Below are positions 10,927-21,897 of a DNA stretch of 64,000 bases, piece by piece. The position numbers and the translations under genes are program-made. A model generated the notes under the pieces. That model did not search any database. It saw nothing but the letters and a program-made list of their open reading frames with translations, and was not told the DNA's origin. Source of the stretch: an uncultured Thermoleophilia bacterium (GTDB taxonomy: Bacteria > Actinomycetota > Thermoleophilia > UBA2241). Position 1 is the stretch's first letter. Each line of letters begins with the position of its first letter. The DNA is taken from assembly GCA_963702475.1 (NCBI GenBank), contig CAVPCT010000005.1, positions 736,001 through 800,000 of the forward strand, read 5' to 3'.

Positions 10927-11001
10927 CCGTCCCTCGCGGAGCCCATCGGGCCGAGGGCCGCTCACTACCACTACGGCTGCTGCGTGGCCTACGGGCATGA
11001 G
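10927..11001. repeat. Dispersed ~75-bp repeat, copy 1 (adk-map intergenic)
   Basis: About 83% identical by manual alignment to 27375-27450; identical core CGGGCCGAGGGCCGCTCA. Confidence 0.85.
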
Positions 11002-11048
11002 TGTCGAGTGCACCTGCGGCGCACCCGACGTTGATCCGCCTTCGGTGA

Positions 11049-11705
11049 TCAAACCGCAAGGATCGCCTTGACCTGCTCGTAGACTTCATCCGGGGCCTTG
11101 CCGCCGCCGAACGCGCTCGCGAGCACGCCCCTCTGCGTGTAGTACCCGATGAGCGGCGCCGTCTGGCTCTCGTAGACGCCGATGCGGTTGCGCACCGTCG
11201 CCTCGGTGTCGTCGGCTCGCTGCGTGAGCTCGCCTCCGTCGAGGTCGCAGACGCCGTCGGCCTTCGGCGGGTCGAAGGTGACGTTGTAGATCTTGCCGCA
11301 CACTGCGCAGGAGCGGCGACCGGCGATGCGCTGCACCAGCTCATCGGCGGGGACGTCGATGAGCACGACGTGGGTGATGCCCCTGCCGGCCTCGGCCAGC
11401 ATGGTGTCGAGCGCCTCAGCTTGCGGTACCGTGCGCGGGAAGCCGTCGAGCAGAAAGCCCTCCGCGGCGTCCGGCTCGGCCAGCCGGTCCCGGACGACGC
11501 CGATGACGACCTCGTCCGGGACCAGCTGGCCGCTCTCCATGTACTTCTGCGCCTCGCGACCCATCCCGGTGCCCTTGGCGACCGCCGCGCGCAGCATCTC
11601 ACCTGTGGAGACGTGCGGCAGCCGGTAGTCGACCACGATGCGTTCGGCCTGCGTGCCTTTGCCCGCACCGGGGCCGCCGAGGAGGATCACGTTGCGCTGG
11701 GTCAT
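11049..11705 (-). CDS. adk: Adenylate kinase
   Basis: GGPGAGKGTQA, LDGFPRT, Zn-type lid CAVC...CDLD. Confidence 0.98.
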   Translation of the reverse strand: MTQRNVILLGGPGAGKGTQAERIVVDYRLPHVSTGEMLRAAVAKGTGMGREAQKYMESGQLVPDEVVIGVVRDRLAEPDAAEGFLLDGFPRTVPQAEALDTMLAEAGRGITHVVLIDVPADELVQRIAGRRSCAVCGKIYNVTFDPPKADGVCDLDGGELTQRADDTEATVRNRIGVYESQTAPLIGYYTQRGVLASAFGGGKAPDEVYEQVKAILAV

Positions 11706-11714
11706 CGCCGTCTC

Positions 11715-12974
11715 CTACTTGAGGAAGCCCTCGTAGTGCCGCATGAGCAGCTGGGCCTCCATCTGCCGCATCGTGTCGAGCGCCACGCCCACCACGATCA
11801 GCAGGGACGTGCCACCGAAGTAGAAGGGCACGTTCAGGAAGCGTGACATGATCCACGGCAGCACTGCCAGAGCGGCGAGGAACAGGGCCCCCGGCAGAGT
11901 CAGCCGCGTGAGGATGCGGTCGAGGTACTCTGCCGTCGGTCGGCCGGGACGCACGCCCGGCACGAAACCGCCGTACTTCTTGAGGTTGTCGGCCTGGTCG
12001 ATCGGGTTGAAGGTCACGGCCGTGTAGAAGTACGTGAAGATGATGATGAGGATGGCCTCGAGGATGATGAACAAGAAGGTGCTCGGGCCGATCCAGTCGT
12101 TGATCCAGGTGCCGATGCCGCCGCCCAGGAACTGGGCGAAGGTCGGCAGGATCATCATCATGGACGAGGCGAAGATCACCGGGATGACGCCGGCCATATT
12201 GACCTTCAGAGGGATGAACGTGCTGGTGCCACCCATCATGCGCCGCCCGACCACACGTTTGGCGTATTGAACGGGCACGCGGCGCTCGCCGCTGGTGATC
12301 CAGATGACGCCGACGATCACCGCCAGGGCGATCACGAGGAAGAGCACGATGGTGATCAAGCTCATCGTGAACAGCTTGGCGGTACCTGACGGGATGCGGG
12401 ACACGATGCTGATGAAGATGATGATCGACATGCCGTTGCCGAGGCCGCGCGCGGTGATGAGCTCACCGAGCCACATCACGAACACGGCGCCGGCCACGAG
12501 GCTGACGATGATGAGCAGGGCGCGCCACCAGTTGAGGTCGGGCAGAGCGTTCTGGCTCCGGAACAGGAACACGTAGCCGACCGCCTGGACCGTAGAGAGG
12601 GCGACGGTGAGCCAGCGCGTGTACTTGGTGATGATCTTCTGCCCCTGCTCGCCTTCCTTGGCCAGATCCTCGAGCTTGGGGATGACCACGGTGAGCAGCT
12701 GCATGATGATCGACGCCGTGATGTACGGCATGATGCCAAGCGCGAAGAGGGCGACGCGCGCGAGCGCGCCGCCCGAGAACAGGTCGAGGAAGCCGATGAC
12801 GCCCGCCCCGCCCTTCTCGAAGAACTCGCGCAGCGCGTCGAGGTCGATGCCCGGCACGGGCACGTAGGCGCCGAAGCGATAGATCGCCACCATCGCCGCC
12901 GTGAAGAGGAGCTTCGCGCGAAGGTCCGGGATCTTCCAGGCGTTGACGAGCGACTGCCAGAGCTTGTTGTTCAC
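11715..12974 (-). CDS. secY: Preprotein translocase SecY
   Basis: ALGIMPYITASII, PGVRPG, FGGTSLLIVVGV. Confidence 0.98.
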   Translation of the reverse strand: MNNKLWQSLVNAWKIPDLRAKLLFTAAMVAIYRFGAYVPVPGIDLDALREFFEKGGAGVIGFLDLFSGGALARVALFALGIMPYITASIIMQLLTVVIPKLEDLAKEGEQGQKIITKYTRWLTVALSTVQAVGYVFLFRSQNALPDLNWWRALLIIVSLVAGAVFVMWLGELITARGLGNGMSIIIFISIVSRIPSGTAKLFTMSLITIVLFLVIALAVIVGVIWITSGERRVPVQYAKRVVGRRMMGGTSTFIPLKVNMAGVIPVIFASSMMMILPTFAQFLGGGIGTWINDWIGPSTFLFIILEAILIIIFTYFYTAVTFNPIDQADNLKKYGGFVPGVRPGRPTAEYLDRILTRLTLPGALFLAALAVLPWIMSRFLNVPFYFGGTSLLIVVGVALDTMRQMEAQLLMRHYEGFLK

Positions 12975-12995
12975 AGCAGGGTTCCCCCCGCGCCG

Positions 12996-13472
12996 TTAGA
13001 GGAGCTCGGCTGTGCCGCCGGCCGCCTCGATCTTTTCCACGGCGCTCCGCGAGTACAGTTGCATGCGCACCTTGAGCACCTTGTCGAGATCGCCGCCGCC
13101 GAGGACCTTGATGGGCGTGCGGGTGTTCTTGACGATGCCCTTCGCGACGAGCGCCTCGGGAGTGACCTCATCGCCGGCCGCGAACGCCTGCGAGAGGCGG
13201 CCGACGTTGACCGGGACGGCGTAGGTGCGGAACGGACCGATGGGCATGGCCCTCTTGGTGTGGTTGCCGCGCAGCTTGCCCAGGCGCATGTAGAGCGGCA
13301 TCTGGCCGCCCTCATAGCCGGGGCGAACGCCGCCGCCGGAGCGGGAGTTGTAGCCCTTGTGGCCCTTGCCGCTCGTCTTGCCCTGACCGGTGCCCTTACC
13401 GCGACCGAGACGCTTGGTGTCTTTGGTGGAACCGGGGTTGGGGCTGAGGTTGTGCAGTCCTAGTTCAGCCAT
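12996..13472 (-). CDS. rplO: 50S ribosomal protein L15
   Basis: GKTSGKGHKG, EGGQMPL. Confidence 0.97.
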   Translation of the reverse strand: MAELGLHNLSPNPGSTKDTKRLGRGKGTGQGKTSGKGHKGYNSRSGGGVRPGYEGGQMPLYMRLGKLRGNHTKRAMPIGPFRTYAVPVNVGRLSQAFAAGDEVTPEALVAKGIVKNTRTPIKVLGGGDLDKVLKVRMQLYSRSAVEKIEAAGGTAELL

Positions 13473-13473
13473 G

Positions 13474-13668
13474 TCACGACTTCTTCGTTACCGGGCGCGC
13501 CTCGACGAGGAACGCGACCTTGTTGACCATGCCGCGGATCACGGGAGTGTCCTCGTGCACCACGGTGTGGCGGATACGCTTGAGCCCGAGCGCGCGCAGC
13601 GTGCCGCGATGTTCCGGCCGCCGCCCTATCGCGCTCTTGATCTGGGTGATCTCGAGATAGGCGGTCAT
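13474..13668 (-). CDS. rpmD: 50S ribosomal protein L30
   Basis: [10 protein letters not shown]; position between rpsE and rplO. Confidence 0.96.
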   Translation of the reverse strand: MTAYLEITQIKSAIGRRPEHRGTLRALGLKRIRHTVVHEDTPVIRGMVNKVAFLVEARPVTKKS

Positions 13669-13673
13669 GGCGA

Positions 13674-14225
13674 TCAGGCCTCCCCACCCGCGGCAGCGGC
13701 ATCCGTCTGGGGATGATCGATGCCGAGCACTTTGCTCACCGGGATGCCGCGCAGGCGCGCCACGCCTTCGGGCGTCTTGAGCGCCTGCAGCCCTGCCACG
13801 GTGGCGCGCACCAGGTTGATCGGGTTGGTGGTGCCGAGCGACTTGGTGAGGATGTCGCGCACCCCGGCCAGCTCGAGCACGGCACGCACGCCGCCGGCGG
13901 CGATGACGCCGGTACCGGGCGCGGCGGGCTTGAGCAGCACCCGCGCCGCGCCGAAACGGCCGATGACCTCGTGCGTGGTGGTGGTGCCGTTGTACCGCGG
14001 CACCGTGAACAGGTTCTTCTTCGCGTCCTCGATCGCCTTCTGGATCGCCAGCGGCACCTCGCGCGCCTTGCCGTAGCCGGCGCCCACGTGTCCGTTCTCG
14101 TCACCGACGACGACAAGGGCAGTGAAGGAGAACCGCCGGCCGCCCTTGACGACCTTGGCGACGCGGTTGATGTCGACGACGCGCTCTTTGAGCTCGTTGC
14201 CTTCGCTGAATGATCCTCTAGCCAC
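13674..14225 (-). CDS. rpsE: 30S ribosomal protein S5
   Basis: [21 protein letters not shown]. Confidence 0.98.
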   Translation of the reverse strand: MARGSFSEGNELKERVVDINRVAKVVKGGRRFSFTALVVVGDENGHVGAGYGKAREVPLAIQKAIEDAKKNLFTVPRYNGTTTTHEVIGRFGAARVLLKPAAPGTGVIAAGGVRAVLELAGVRDILTKSLGTTNPINLVRATVAGLQALKTPEGVARLRGIPVSKVLGIDHPQTDAAAAGGEA

Positions 14226-14243
14226 GGGGTCCTTTACTCCTTC

Positions 14244-14597
14244 TCAGAAAACAAGGCCGCCCTCGCGGGCGCCCTCGGCGAGGGCCTTGACCCGGCCGTG
14301 ATACAGATAGCCGGACCTGTCGAAGACGACCCGCTCGATGCCTTTGTCCTTGGCGCGCTGCGCGAGCAGCTCGCCGACCTTCTTCGCGACCTCGGACTTC
14401 TTGAGCCCGGCGCCGTCGACTTCGCCAGAGCGCGCCGCCGCGATGGTGCGGGCGCCGGCGTCGTCCACGAGCTGCGCGTAGATGGCCTTGTTCGAGCGGA
14501 ACACGGAGACGCGGGGCCGCTCGGGGGTGCCGCTCAGACGTCCGCGGATGCGGCGCTTGCGCCGGGCGCGGGCCTCTCTGATGTTGCGTGCGCTCAT
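14244..14597 (-). CDS. rplR: 50S ribosomal protein L18
   Basis: [23 protein letters not shown]. Confidence 0.97.
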   Translation of the reverse strand: MSARNIREARARRKRRIRGRLSGTPERPRVSVFRSNKAIYAQLVDDAGARTIAAARSGEVDGAGLKKSEVAKKVGELLAQRAKDKGIERVVFDRSGYLYHGRVKALAEGAREGGLVF

Positions 14598-14627
14598 GAC
14601 CTTGACGTTCCTCTTCTCTCAGGCAGC

Positions 14628-15161
14628 CTAGGCGCGCTTGCCGACCTTGCGCTGCACGTACTCGCCGGCGTAACGGATGCCTTTGCCTTTGTACGGCTCC
14701 GGCGGGCGGATGGACCGCACCTTGGCGGCAACTTCGCCCACGACCTGCTTGTCGATGCCCCTGACCAGGACCACGGTGGCCTGCGGGGTCTCGAACGAGA
14801 CGTGCTCCGGCGGGTCGATGACCACAGGGTGGCTGTAACCGACCAGCAGCTCCAGCGCTTCGCCCTTGATGCTGGCGCGGTAGCCGACCCCGACGATCTC
14901 AAGACGCTTCTCGAAGCCGTCGGTGACGCCCGTGACCATGTTGGCGATCAGCGTGCGGGTCAACCCGTGCAGCGAGCGGTGCTGGCCGCTGTCGGTGGGC
15001 CGCTTGACCTGGATGACGCCCTCGCCGACCTCGATCTCCATCTCACGCGGCACGCGCTGCGTGAGCTCGCCCTTGGGGCCCTTCACCGTCACGACGGCGT
15101 TGTCGTACGAGAAGTCGACGCCCGCGGGCAGGGGGATTGGTGCTCTTCCGATCCTCGACAT
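14628..15161 (-). CDS. rplF: 50S ribosomal protein L6
   Basis: MSRIGRAP...PEPYKGKGIRY. Confidence 0.98.
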   Translation of the reverse strand: MSRIGRAPIPLPAGVDFSYDNAVVTVKGPKGELTQRVPREMEIEVGEGVIQVKRPTDSGQHRSLHGLTRTLIANMVTGVTDGFEKRLEIVGVGYRASIKGEALELLVGYSHPVVIDPPEHVSFETPQATVVLVRGIDKQVVGEVAAKVRSIRPPEPYKGKGIRYAGEYVQRKVGKRA

Positions 15162-15170
15162 GTGACGTCC

Positions 15171-15569
15171 TTACCAGATGAAGCAGATCACTTCGCCGCC
15201 CAGGCCCAGCTTGCGCGCCTCGGCGCTGGTGACGAGCCCACGGGAGGTGGAGATGACCGCAGTGCCGAGCCCTCCGAGCACCTTGGGCAACGACTCCTTC
15301 TTGGCGTACACACGACGCCCAGGCTTGGAGACGCGCTTGATGCCGGAGATGACACGTTCCCTGTTCTTGCCGTACTTGAGCTCGACGAGGAGGACCTCGC
15401 CGTGCTCCCCCAGCTTCTGCTCGTAGCCGGCGATGTAGCCCTGCTCGAGCATGAGGCGGGCGATCTCGGCCTTCATCCTGGAGGCCGGGATCTCGACGAT
15501 GCTGTGCCGCGCGGTGCTGCCGTTGCGGATGCGGGTGAGCATGTCGGCGATAGGGTCAGTCATGGACAT
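15171..15569 (-). CDS. rpsH: 30S ribosomal protein S8
   Basis: [20 protein letters not shown]. Confidence 0.98.
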   Translation of the reverse strand: MSMTDPIADMLTRIRNGSTARHSIVEIPASRMKAEIARLMLEQGYIAGYEQKLGEHGEVLLVELKYGKNRERVISGIKRVSKPGRRVYAKKESLPKVLGGLGTAVISTSRGLVTSAEARKLGLGGEVICFIW

Positions 15570-15581
15570 GGTATCGCCTCC

Positions 15582-15767
15582 TCACCAGCTCGACTTGGTC
15601 AGACCCGGGATGACGCCCTGGTGCGCCACTTCGCGCAGGCAGATGCGGCAGAGCCCGAACTTGCGATAGTAGCCGCGAGGGCGGCCGCACCTGGCGCAGC
15701 GGTTGTACTCGCGCACCTTGTAACGCTGCTTGCGCCCCGCCTTCACAACGAGGGATGTCTTTGCCAT
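15582..15767 (-). CDS. rpsN: 30S ribosomal protein S14, Zn-binding type Z
   Basis: RCARCGRP...LCRICLR, 61 aa. Confidence 0.97.
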   Translation of the reverse strand: MAKTSLVVKAGRKQRYKVREYNRCARCGRPRGYYRKFGLCRICLREVAHQGVIPGLTKSSW

Positions 15768-15778
15768 GCCAGATGCTC

Positions 15779-16321
15779 CTAGTTCGACCGGAACGGCATG
15801 CCCATCTTGGTAAGCAGGGCACGTCCTTCCTCGTCCGTCTTGGCGGTGGTCGTGATGATGATGTTGAGGCCGCGGAACTGCTCCACGGAGTCGTAGTCGA
15901 TCTCCGGGAAGATGGTCTGTTCCTTGACGCCCATGGCGAAGTTGCCGCGCCCGTCGAACTGGTTCGGGTCGATGCCGCGGAAGTCACGGATGCGCGGCAG
16001 GGCGATGGAGACGAGACGATCGATCATCTCGTACATGCGCTCGCCGCGCAGGGTCACGCGACAGCCGATCGACATGCCCTCGCGCAGCTTGAAGCTCGCG
16101 ATGGACTTGCGCGCCTTCGTGATCGACGGCCGCTGGCCGGCGATGAGCGCCAGGTCCTCGACGGCGTCGTCGAGCAGCTTGGCGTTGGTCTTGGCCTCAC
16201 CGACACCCATGTTGAGGGTGACTTTGGTCACCTTGGGCACTTCCATCACGTTGCGGTAGCCGAACTCGGTCATGAGCTCGGGCACGATTTGCTTGCGATA
16301 CTTGTCCTTGAGCCTGGCCAT
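15779..16321 (-). CDS. rplE: 50S ribosomal protein L5
   Basis: [20 protein letters not shown]; alternative start GTG 16327. Confidence 0.97.
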   Translation of the reverse strand: MARLKDKYRKQIVPELMTEFGYRNVMEVPKVTKVTLNMGVGEAKTNAKLLDDAVEDLALIAGQRPSITKARKSIASFKLREGMSIGCRVTLRGERMYEMIDRLVSIALPRIRDFRGIDPNQFDGRGNFAMGVKEQTIFPEIDYDSVEQFRGLNIIITTTAKTDEEGRALLTKMGMPFRSN

Positions 16322-16323
16322 CG

Positions 16324-16659
16324 TCACGCCTTGTCGATGTCTTTGCCGCAGTTGGCCTTGCGGCAGATGCGGACCTTGCCGCCGTCGGCGGTCAGCCTGA
16401 AGCCGACGCGCGTGGGCTGGCCGCAGGCTGGACAGACGAGCATGACGTTGGAGACGTCGATGGACCCCTCGCGCTCGATCACGCCGCCCTGCGGGTTCTT
16501 CTTGGGGTTGGGCTTGGTGTGCTTCTTCATCATGTTGAGCCGCTCGAGCACGACGCGACCCGTCTCGGTGTCGACGCGACTCACCTTGCCGGTCTTCCCG
16601 GCTTCCTTGCCGGACACGACCTTGACCTGGTCGCCCTTCTTTATCTTCACCTTGCTCAT
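16324..16659 (-). CDS. rplX: 50S ribosomal protein L24
   Basis: [14 protein letters not shown] (KOW), C-terminal CPAC...CRKANC. Confidence 0.97.
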   Translation of the reverse strand: MSKVKIKKGDQVKVVSGKEAGKTGKVSRVDTETGRVVLERLNMMKKHTKPNPKKNPQGGVIEREGSIDVSNVMLVCPACGQPTRVGFRLTADGGKVRICRKANCGKDIDKA

Positions 16660-16691
16660 CTCTACAGCGACTCCCTCACCGGCGCGAGGCC

Positions 16692-17060
16692 TCAGAGGAC
16701 CTCAGGGGCCAGCGACACGATCTTCATGAAGTTCTTCTCGCGCAGTTCGCGGGCCACGGGGCCGAAGATGCGCGTACCGCGCGGGTTACCCTGGTTGTCG
16801 ATCAGCACGGCGGCGTTCTCGTCGAACGCGATGTAGGTGCCGTCCTTGCGACCGTACTCCTTCTTGGTGCGCACGATGACGGCGCGCACGACGTCGCCCT
16901 TCTTCACGCTGCCGCCGGGCGTGGCGACCTTGACGGTACCGACGATGATGTCGCCGACCGTGCCGTAGCGTCGCCTCGAGCCTCCCCGGATCCGGATGCA
17001 GAGGATCTCGCGGGCGCCCGTGTTGTCGGCGACTCGTAGTCTGGACTCAACCTGGATCAT
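16692..17060 (-). CDS. rplN: 50S ribosomal protein L14
   Basis: [20 protein letters not shown]. Confidence 0.98.
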   Translation of the reverse strand: MIQVESRLRVADNTGAREILCIRIRGGSRRRYGTVGDIIVGTVKVATPGGSVKKGDVVRAVIVRTKKEYGRKDGTYIAFDENAAVLIDNQGNPRGTRIFGPVARELREKNFMKIVSLAPEVL

Positions 17061-17081
17061 GTGTTTCCTCTGCCGGACTGC

Positions 17082-17522
17082 TTACTTAGCTTTTTCGAGG
17101 ATCTCGATGAGCCGCCACCGCTTCGTGGCGCTCAGCGGGCGCGTCTCGACGACACGCACGAGATCGCCGACGCCGGCCGCGTTCTGCTCGTCGTGCACGT
17201 GCAGCTTGCTCGAGCGCCGCACGACCTTGCCGTACCGCTCGTGCTTCTGCGCCACGTCGATGCGCACGACCACGGTCTTGTCCATGGCGTCGCTGACGAC
17301 GATGCCGCGACGCTCCTTGCGCCCGGGCACCTTGGCCGGAGCCTGGTGCTCAGCCTTGGCCCTGGCTTTGGCGGCCGACACCTTCTTGACGGTCGTGCTC
17401 GCGGCGGCGGCAGCGGCCGCCTTCGGCGCCGACTTCTTGGCGGCCGTCTTCTTGGCTGCCGGCTTGCGCGCGGCCGTCTGCTTGGCCGCCGGTTTGCTGC
17501 TGTCTGTCTTCTTTGTCGCCAT
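17082..17522 (-). CDS. rpsQ: 30S ribosomal protein S17 with Lys/Ala-rich N-terminal extension
   Basis: Core [14 protein letters not shown]...[13 protein letters not shown] preceded by ~65 aa K/A/P-rich segment; ATG overlaps the rpmC stop. Confidence 0.95.
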   Translation of the reverse strand: MATKKTDSSKPAAKQTAARKPAAKKTAAKKSAPKAAAAAAASTTVKKVSAAKARAKAEHQAPAKVPGRKERRGIVVSDAMDKTVVVRIDVAQKHERYGKVVRRSSKLHVHDEQNAAGVGDLVRVVETRPLSATKRWRLIEILEKAK

Positions 17523-17737
17523 CAGGCTTCACCACCGGCTGCTTTGCGCAAGCGCTCCCGCTCCGCCTGCATGGTGAGCAGGCGCGCGATCTCGCGGCGC
17601 GTAGCGTTCAACTTGTGCGGGTTGTCGAGTTGCCCGGTGGCGTGCTGGAAGCGCAGGTTGAAGAGCTCCTTGCGCGTGTCCTTCAGGCGCAATACGAGCT
17701 CGTCGTCGGACAGCTCACGGAGCTTGCTAGCCTTCAA
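17522..17737 (-). CDS. rpmC: 50S ribosomal protein L29
   Basis: [15 protein letters not shown]. Confidence 0.96.
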   Translation of the reverse strand: MKASKLRELSDDELVLRLKDTRKELFNLRFQHATGQLDNPHKLNATRREIARLLTMQAERERLRKAAGGEA

Positions 17738-18152
17738 GGAGACTGCCCTCCCTCGTCACGAACTTGCACTTCACGGGCAGCTTGTGGGCCGCCAGGCGCA
17801 TGGCCTCTCGGGCCACCGGCTCACTGACGCCGGCCAGCTCGAACATGACCTTGCCGGGCTTGACCACGGCCACCCACGACTCGGGCGAACCCTTGCCGCC
17901 GCCCATACGGGTCTCGGCGGCCTTGCGCGTGATGGGCTTGTGTGGGAACACGTTGATCCACACCTTGCCACCACGTTTGATGTAGCGCGTCATGGCAACA
18001 CGGGCTGCTTCGATCTGGCGGTTGGTGACCCAGCCGCACTCCAGCGCCTTCAGGCCGTAATCGCCGAAGTCGACACTGGTGCCGCCCTTGGCGGTGCCGG
18101 CCATGCGACCGCGTTGCTGCTTTCTATGCTTCACTCTCTTCGGCAGGAGCAT
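17727..18152 (-). CDS. rplP: 50S ribosomal protein L16
   Basis: [23 protein letters not shown]. Confidence 0.98.
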   Translation of the reverse strand: MLLPKRVKHRKQQRGRMAGTAKGGTSVDFGDYGLKALECGWVTNRQIEAARVAMTRYIKRGGKVWINVFPHKPITRKAAETRMGGGKGSPESWVAVVKPGKVMFELAGVSEPVAREAMRLAAHKLPVKCKFVTREGSLLEG

Positions 18153-18173
18153 CGTCTACGTCCTCTCTACCGT

Positions 18174-19094
18174 TCAGCCCTGAGTGCCGGGCTGGGACGG
18201 CTTCTCCGGCGCCGGCTTGGGCGGCGGAGCCTGGCGGCCCATCGGCGCCCTTGGGCCGACCGAAGGGCGCGACTGCCCGTCACGACGCGGGCCACCGGGG
18301 CCGCGCCCGCCGCCCTGGCGACCACCGGGGCCGCGGCCTGGGCCGCCCGGACCGCGACCGCCGCCGGGGGCGCCGTCACGGCGCGGACGCCGGTCGCCGC
18401 GGCCGCGATCGTCGCGGCGCTGCTCGTCGCGCTCCAGACGCGCCTTGGCCTCGTCCATGGGGTAGCCCTCGGGCAGGATCTCGCCCTTGTTGATCCAGAC
18501 CTTCACACCGATGCGGCCGAAGGTGGTGCGGGCCTCACGGAAGCCGTAGTCGATGTCCGCGCGGAGCGTGTGCAGGGGCACGCGGCCCTCGCTGTAGTGC
18601 TCGTTGCGCGCCATCTCGGCGCCGCCAAGGCGGCCGCCGCAGCGCACGCGCATGCCGGCGGCGCCGGAACGCATGGCGCTCGTGAGCGCGCGCTTCATGG
18701 CGCGGCGGAAGCTCACGCGGTTCTCGAGCTGCTCGGCGATGGACTGCGCGACCAGCACGGCGTCGAGCTCGGGCCGCTTGACCTCGATGATGTTGACCTG
18801 GACGTTCTTCTTCGTCATCGCGTGGATCTCTTTGCGCAGCGCGTCGACCTCAGAACCGCTCTTGCCGATCACGATGCCGGGGCGGGCGGTGTGGATGTCG
18901 ATGGTCACGTTGTTCTGGTCTTTGCGGATGATGATGCGCGACAGACCAGCGTGCGCGAGCTTGCGCATGATGTGCCGGCGGACGGCCTCGTCCTCGGCGA
19001 GGAACTGCTTGAATTCCTTCTCCGTATACCAGTGCGACTTCCAGTCGTGGATGACGCCGACGCGGAAGCCGCCCGGATGCACCTTCTGGCCCAC
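18174..19094 (-). CDS. rpsC: 30S ribosomal protein S3 with Gly/Arg/Pro-rich C-tail
   Basis: [10 protein letters not shown] (GTG 19094), [14 protein letters not shown]. Confidence 0.97.
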   Translation of the reverse strand: MGQKVHPGGFRVGVIHDWKSHWYTEKEFKQFLAEDEAVRRHIMRKLAHAGLSRIIIRKDQNNVTIDIHTARPGIVIGKSGSEVDALRKEIHAMTKKNVQVNIIEVKRPELDAVLVAQSIAEQLENRVSFRRAMKRALTSAMRSGAAGMRVRCGGRLGGAEMARNEHYSEGRVPLHTLRADIDYGFREARTTFGRIGVKVWINKGEILPEGYPMDEAKARLERDEQRRDDRGRGDRRPRRDGAPGGGRGPGGPGRGPGGRQGGGRGPGGPRRDGQSRPSVGPRAPMGRQAPPPKPAPEKPSQPGTQG

Positions 19095-19438
19095 TAGGAA
19101 CGGACCTCCCTCTGCTCCACGGCGATGGTGATGTGGCTGCTGCGCTTGCGGATGCGGTTCACGCGGCCCATGGCCCGGAACTGCCACCGCTTGAGGGTGG
19201 GACCCTCGTCGACGCGAGCTTCCTTGACGTACAGATCGTCGGCCGAGAGCCCGTTGTTGTTCTCGGCGTTGGCGACGGCCGAGTTCAGCACCTGGGTCAC
19301 GACGCGAGCTGCGTTGCGGTTCGCGAAGAACAGCGTGCTGCGCGCCTCCGCCACGGACTTGCCGCGGATGAGGTCGACGACCTCACGCGCCTTGCGCGGC
19401 GCGATGCGGATGTACTTCGCCTGTGCTCTGACTGCCAT
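19094..19438 (-). CDS. rplV: 50S ribosomal protein L22
   Basis: [24 protein letters not shown]. Confidence 0.97.
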   Translation of the reverse strand: MAVRAQAKYIRIAPRKAREVVDLIRGKSVAEARSTLFFANRNAARVVTQVLNSAVANAENNNGLSADDLYVKEARVDEGPTLKRWQFRAMGRVNRIRKRSSHITIAVEQREVRS

Positions 19439-19445
19439 GAGTTGA

Positions 19446-19724
19446 CTACCTTCTGGCCGAGCGGTCGCCCTTGATGTGACCGCGGAACGTGCGCGTGAGC
19501 GCGAACTCGCCCAGCTTGTGGCCGACCATGGACTCGCTGATGAAGATGGGTACGTGCTTGCGTCCGTCGTGGACGGCGATCGTGTGGCCGACCATGTCGG
19601 GGAAGATCGTCGAGGCCCGTGACCAGGTCTTGATCATCTTCTTCTGGCCGGCGGCGTTCATATCCACGATGCGCTTGAGAAGGCGCTCGTCGACGAACGG
19701 ACCTTTCTTGGCTGACCTGCTCAA
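19446..19724 (-). CDS. rpsS: 30S ribosomal protein S19
   Basis: [16 protein letters not shown]. Confidence 0.98.
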   Translation of the reverse strand: MSRSAKKGPFVDERLLKRIVDMNAAGQKKMIKTWSRASTIFPDMVGHTIAVHDGRKHVPIFISESMVGHKLGEFALTRTFRGHIKGDRSARR

Positions 19725-19739
19725 GAGGTGCCTCCTGCC

Positions 19740-20578
<839 letters not shown>

Positions 20579-20579
<1 letters not shown>

Positions 20580-20869
20580 TACCTGCCACCCTCGAAGAAT
20601 TCGATCTTGTCGCCGGGCGCGAGCTGCACGACGGCCTTCTTCCAGGCCGCGGTGCGGCCACGCGACATGCCGCGCCGTTTGGGCTTCGGCTTGATGTTCG
20701 CGGTGCACACGGCGACCACTGTGACGTTGAAGAGCTGGGCGACCGCCTGGGCGATCATGGTCTTGTGCGCGTCCGGGTGCACCTGGAAGGTGTACCGGTC
20801 GTGGTCGATCTGCCCGTAGCTCTTCTCGGAGATGATCGGCTTGATGATGATCTTTTCGGCTTCAACCAT
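20579..20869 (-). CDS. rplW: 50S ribosomal protein L23
   Basis: [15 protein letters not shown]. Confidence 0.97.
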
Positions 20870-20872
20870 GTG

Positions 20873-21895
20873 TCACGCCTCGTTCAGGGCGGCGTACGCC
20901 TTCTCGGTGAGGACCAGTGAGCGGGCACGCAGCACCTGCTCGGTGGAGAGCGCGCCCACCTCGCTGACCTCGGCGTAGCGCAGGTTGCGCACCGACTTGG
21001 CCACGGCAGGCTCGTCACAGGTGACGAACAGCACCGGGGCGCCGATGTCGAGGTTCACAAGGAAGTCGTTGACCGCACTCGTGCTGGGCTCGGCGAGGTC
21101 CAGGCCACCGGCGACGAACACGTTGCCGTTCTCGGCGCGGTTGCTGAGCGCCATGGCCAGAGCCTTGCGCACCACCTTGCGGTTGACCTTGATGTCGAAG
21201 GCGCGCGGGTGCGGACCGAACGCGACACCGCCGCCCGTGCGCACCGGCGACTTGACGCTGCCGGCACGGGCGCGGCCCGTGCCCTTCTGGCGGTACAGCT
21301 TGGCCGTGGAGCCGGAAACCTGGCCACGAGTCTTCGTGGACGCGGTGCCACGGCGCCTGGCAGCCTGCTCCGCGCGCACCACGAGGTGCAGCGTGTTGAC
21401 GTCGGCCGGCACGGCGAAGAGCTCGGCCTTGAGCTCACGCTCCTCGAGCTGCTTGCCGGTCGCGTCGACAACGGTGGCCACGCCGGCGCTGCCGTGACGC
21501 GGCTCGTGGACCTCGCGCACGTGGCGCGGCTTGGGCGGACGCTCGGCCCTGACGGGCTTGGCGGCCGGCTTCTCGGCCTTTCTGGGCGCAGCCTTGGCGG
21601 CCCTGGGCTTCGTCGCTTTGGCCGCCGGCTTCTCTGCCTTCTTGGGCGCAGCCTTGGCGGCCGGCTTCTTGGCGGGCTTCTCCGCAGGGGCCGGAACGGC
21701 CTGCTCGGCCGTGGCTTCGGCCGGAGATCCGGCGGCGTCGGGAGCAGCCTCGGCGGCCGGCTCGTCGGCGGCCGGAGCAGCCTCGGGCGCAGCCTCTGCG
21801 AAGGCGGCTTCGGGCGCAGCCGTCTCGGGAACCTCGGCGGCCTCAGGCGACGTGCTCTCGACGTCCGGGTTCTGCTTGGTCTCGTCGGTGCTCAC
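20873..21895 (-). CDS. rplD: 50S ribosomal protein L4 with ~130-aa low-complexity N-terminal extension
   Basis: Core RGTASTKTRGQV, RQKGTGRARAGS; GTG 21895 just after the rplC stop with GAGGTG RBS. Confidence 0.93.
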   Translation of the reverse strand: MSTDETKQNPDVESTSPEAAEVPETAAPEAAFAEAAPEAAPAADEPAAEAAPDAAGSPAEATAEQAVPAPAEKPAKKPAAKAAPKKAEKPAAKATKPRAAKAAPRKAEKPAAKPVRAERPPKPRHVREVHEPRHGSAGVATVVDATGKQLEERELKAELFAVPADVNTLHLVVRAEQAARRRGTASTKTRGQVSGSTAKLYRQKGTGRARAGSVKSPVRTGGGVAFGPHPRAFDIKVNRKVVRKALAMALSNRAENGNVFVAGGLDLAEPSTSAVNDFLVNLDIGAPVLFVTCDEPAVAKSVRNLRYAEVSEVGALSTEQVLRARSLVLTEKAYAALNEA

Positions 21896-21897
21896 GG

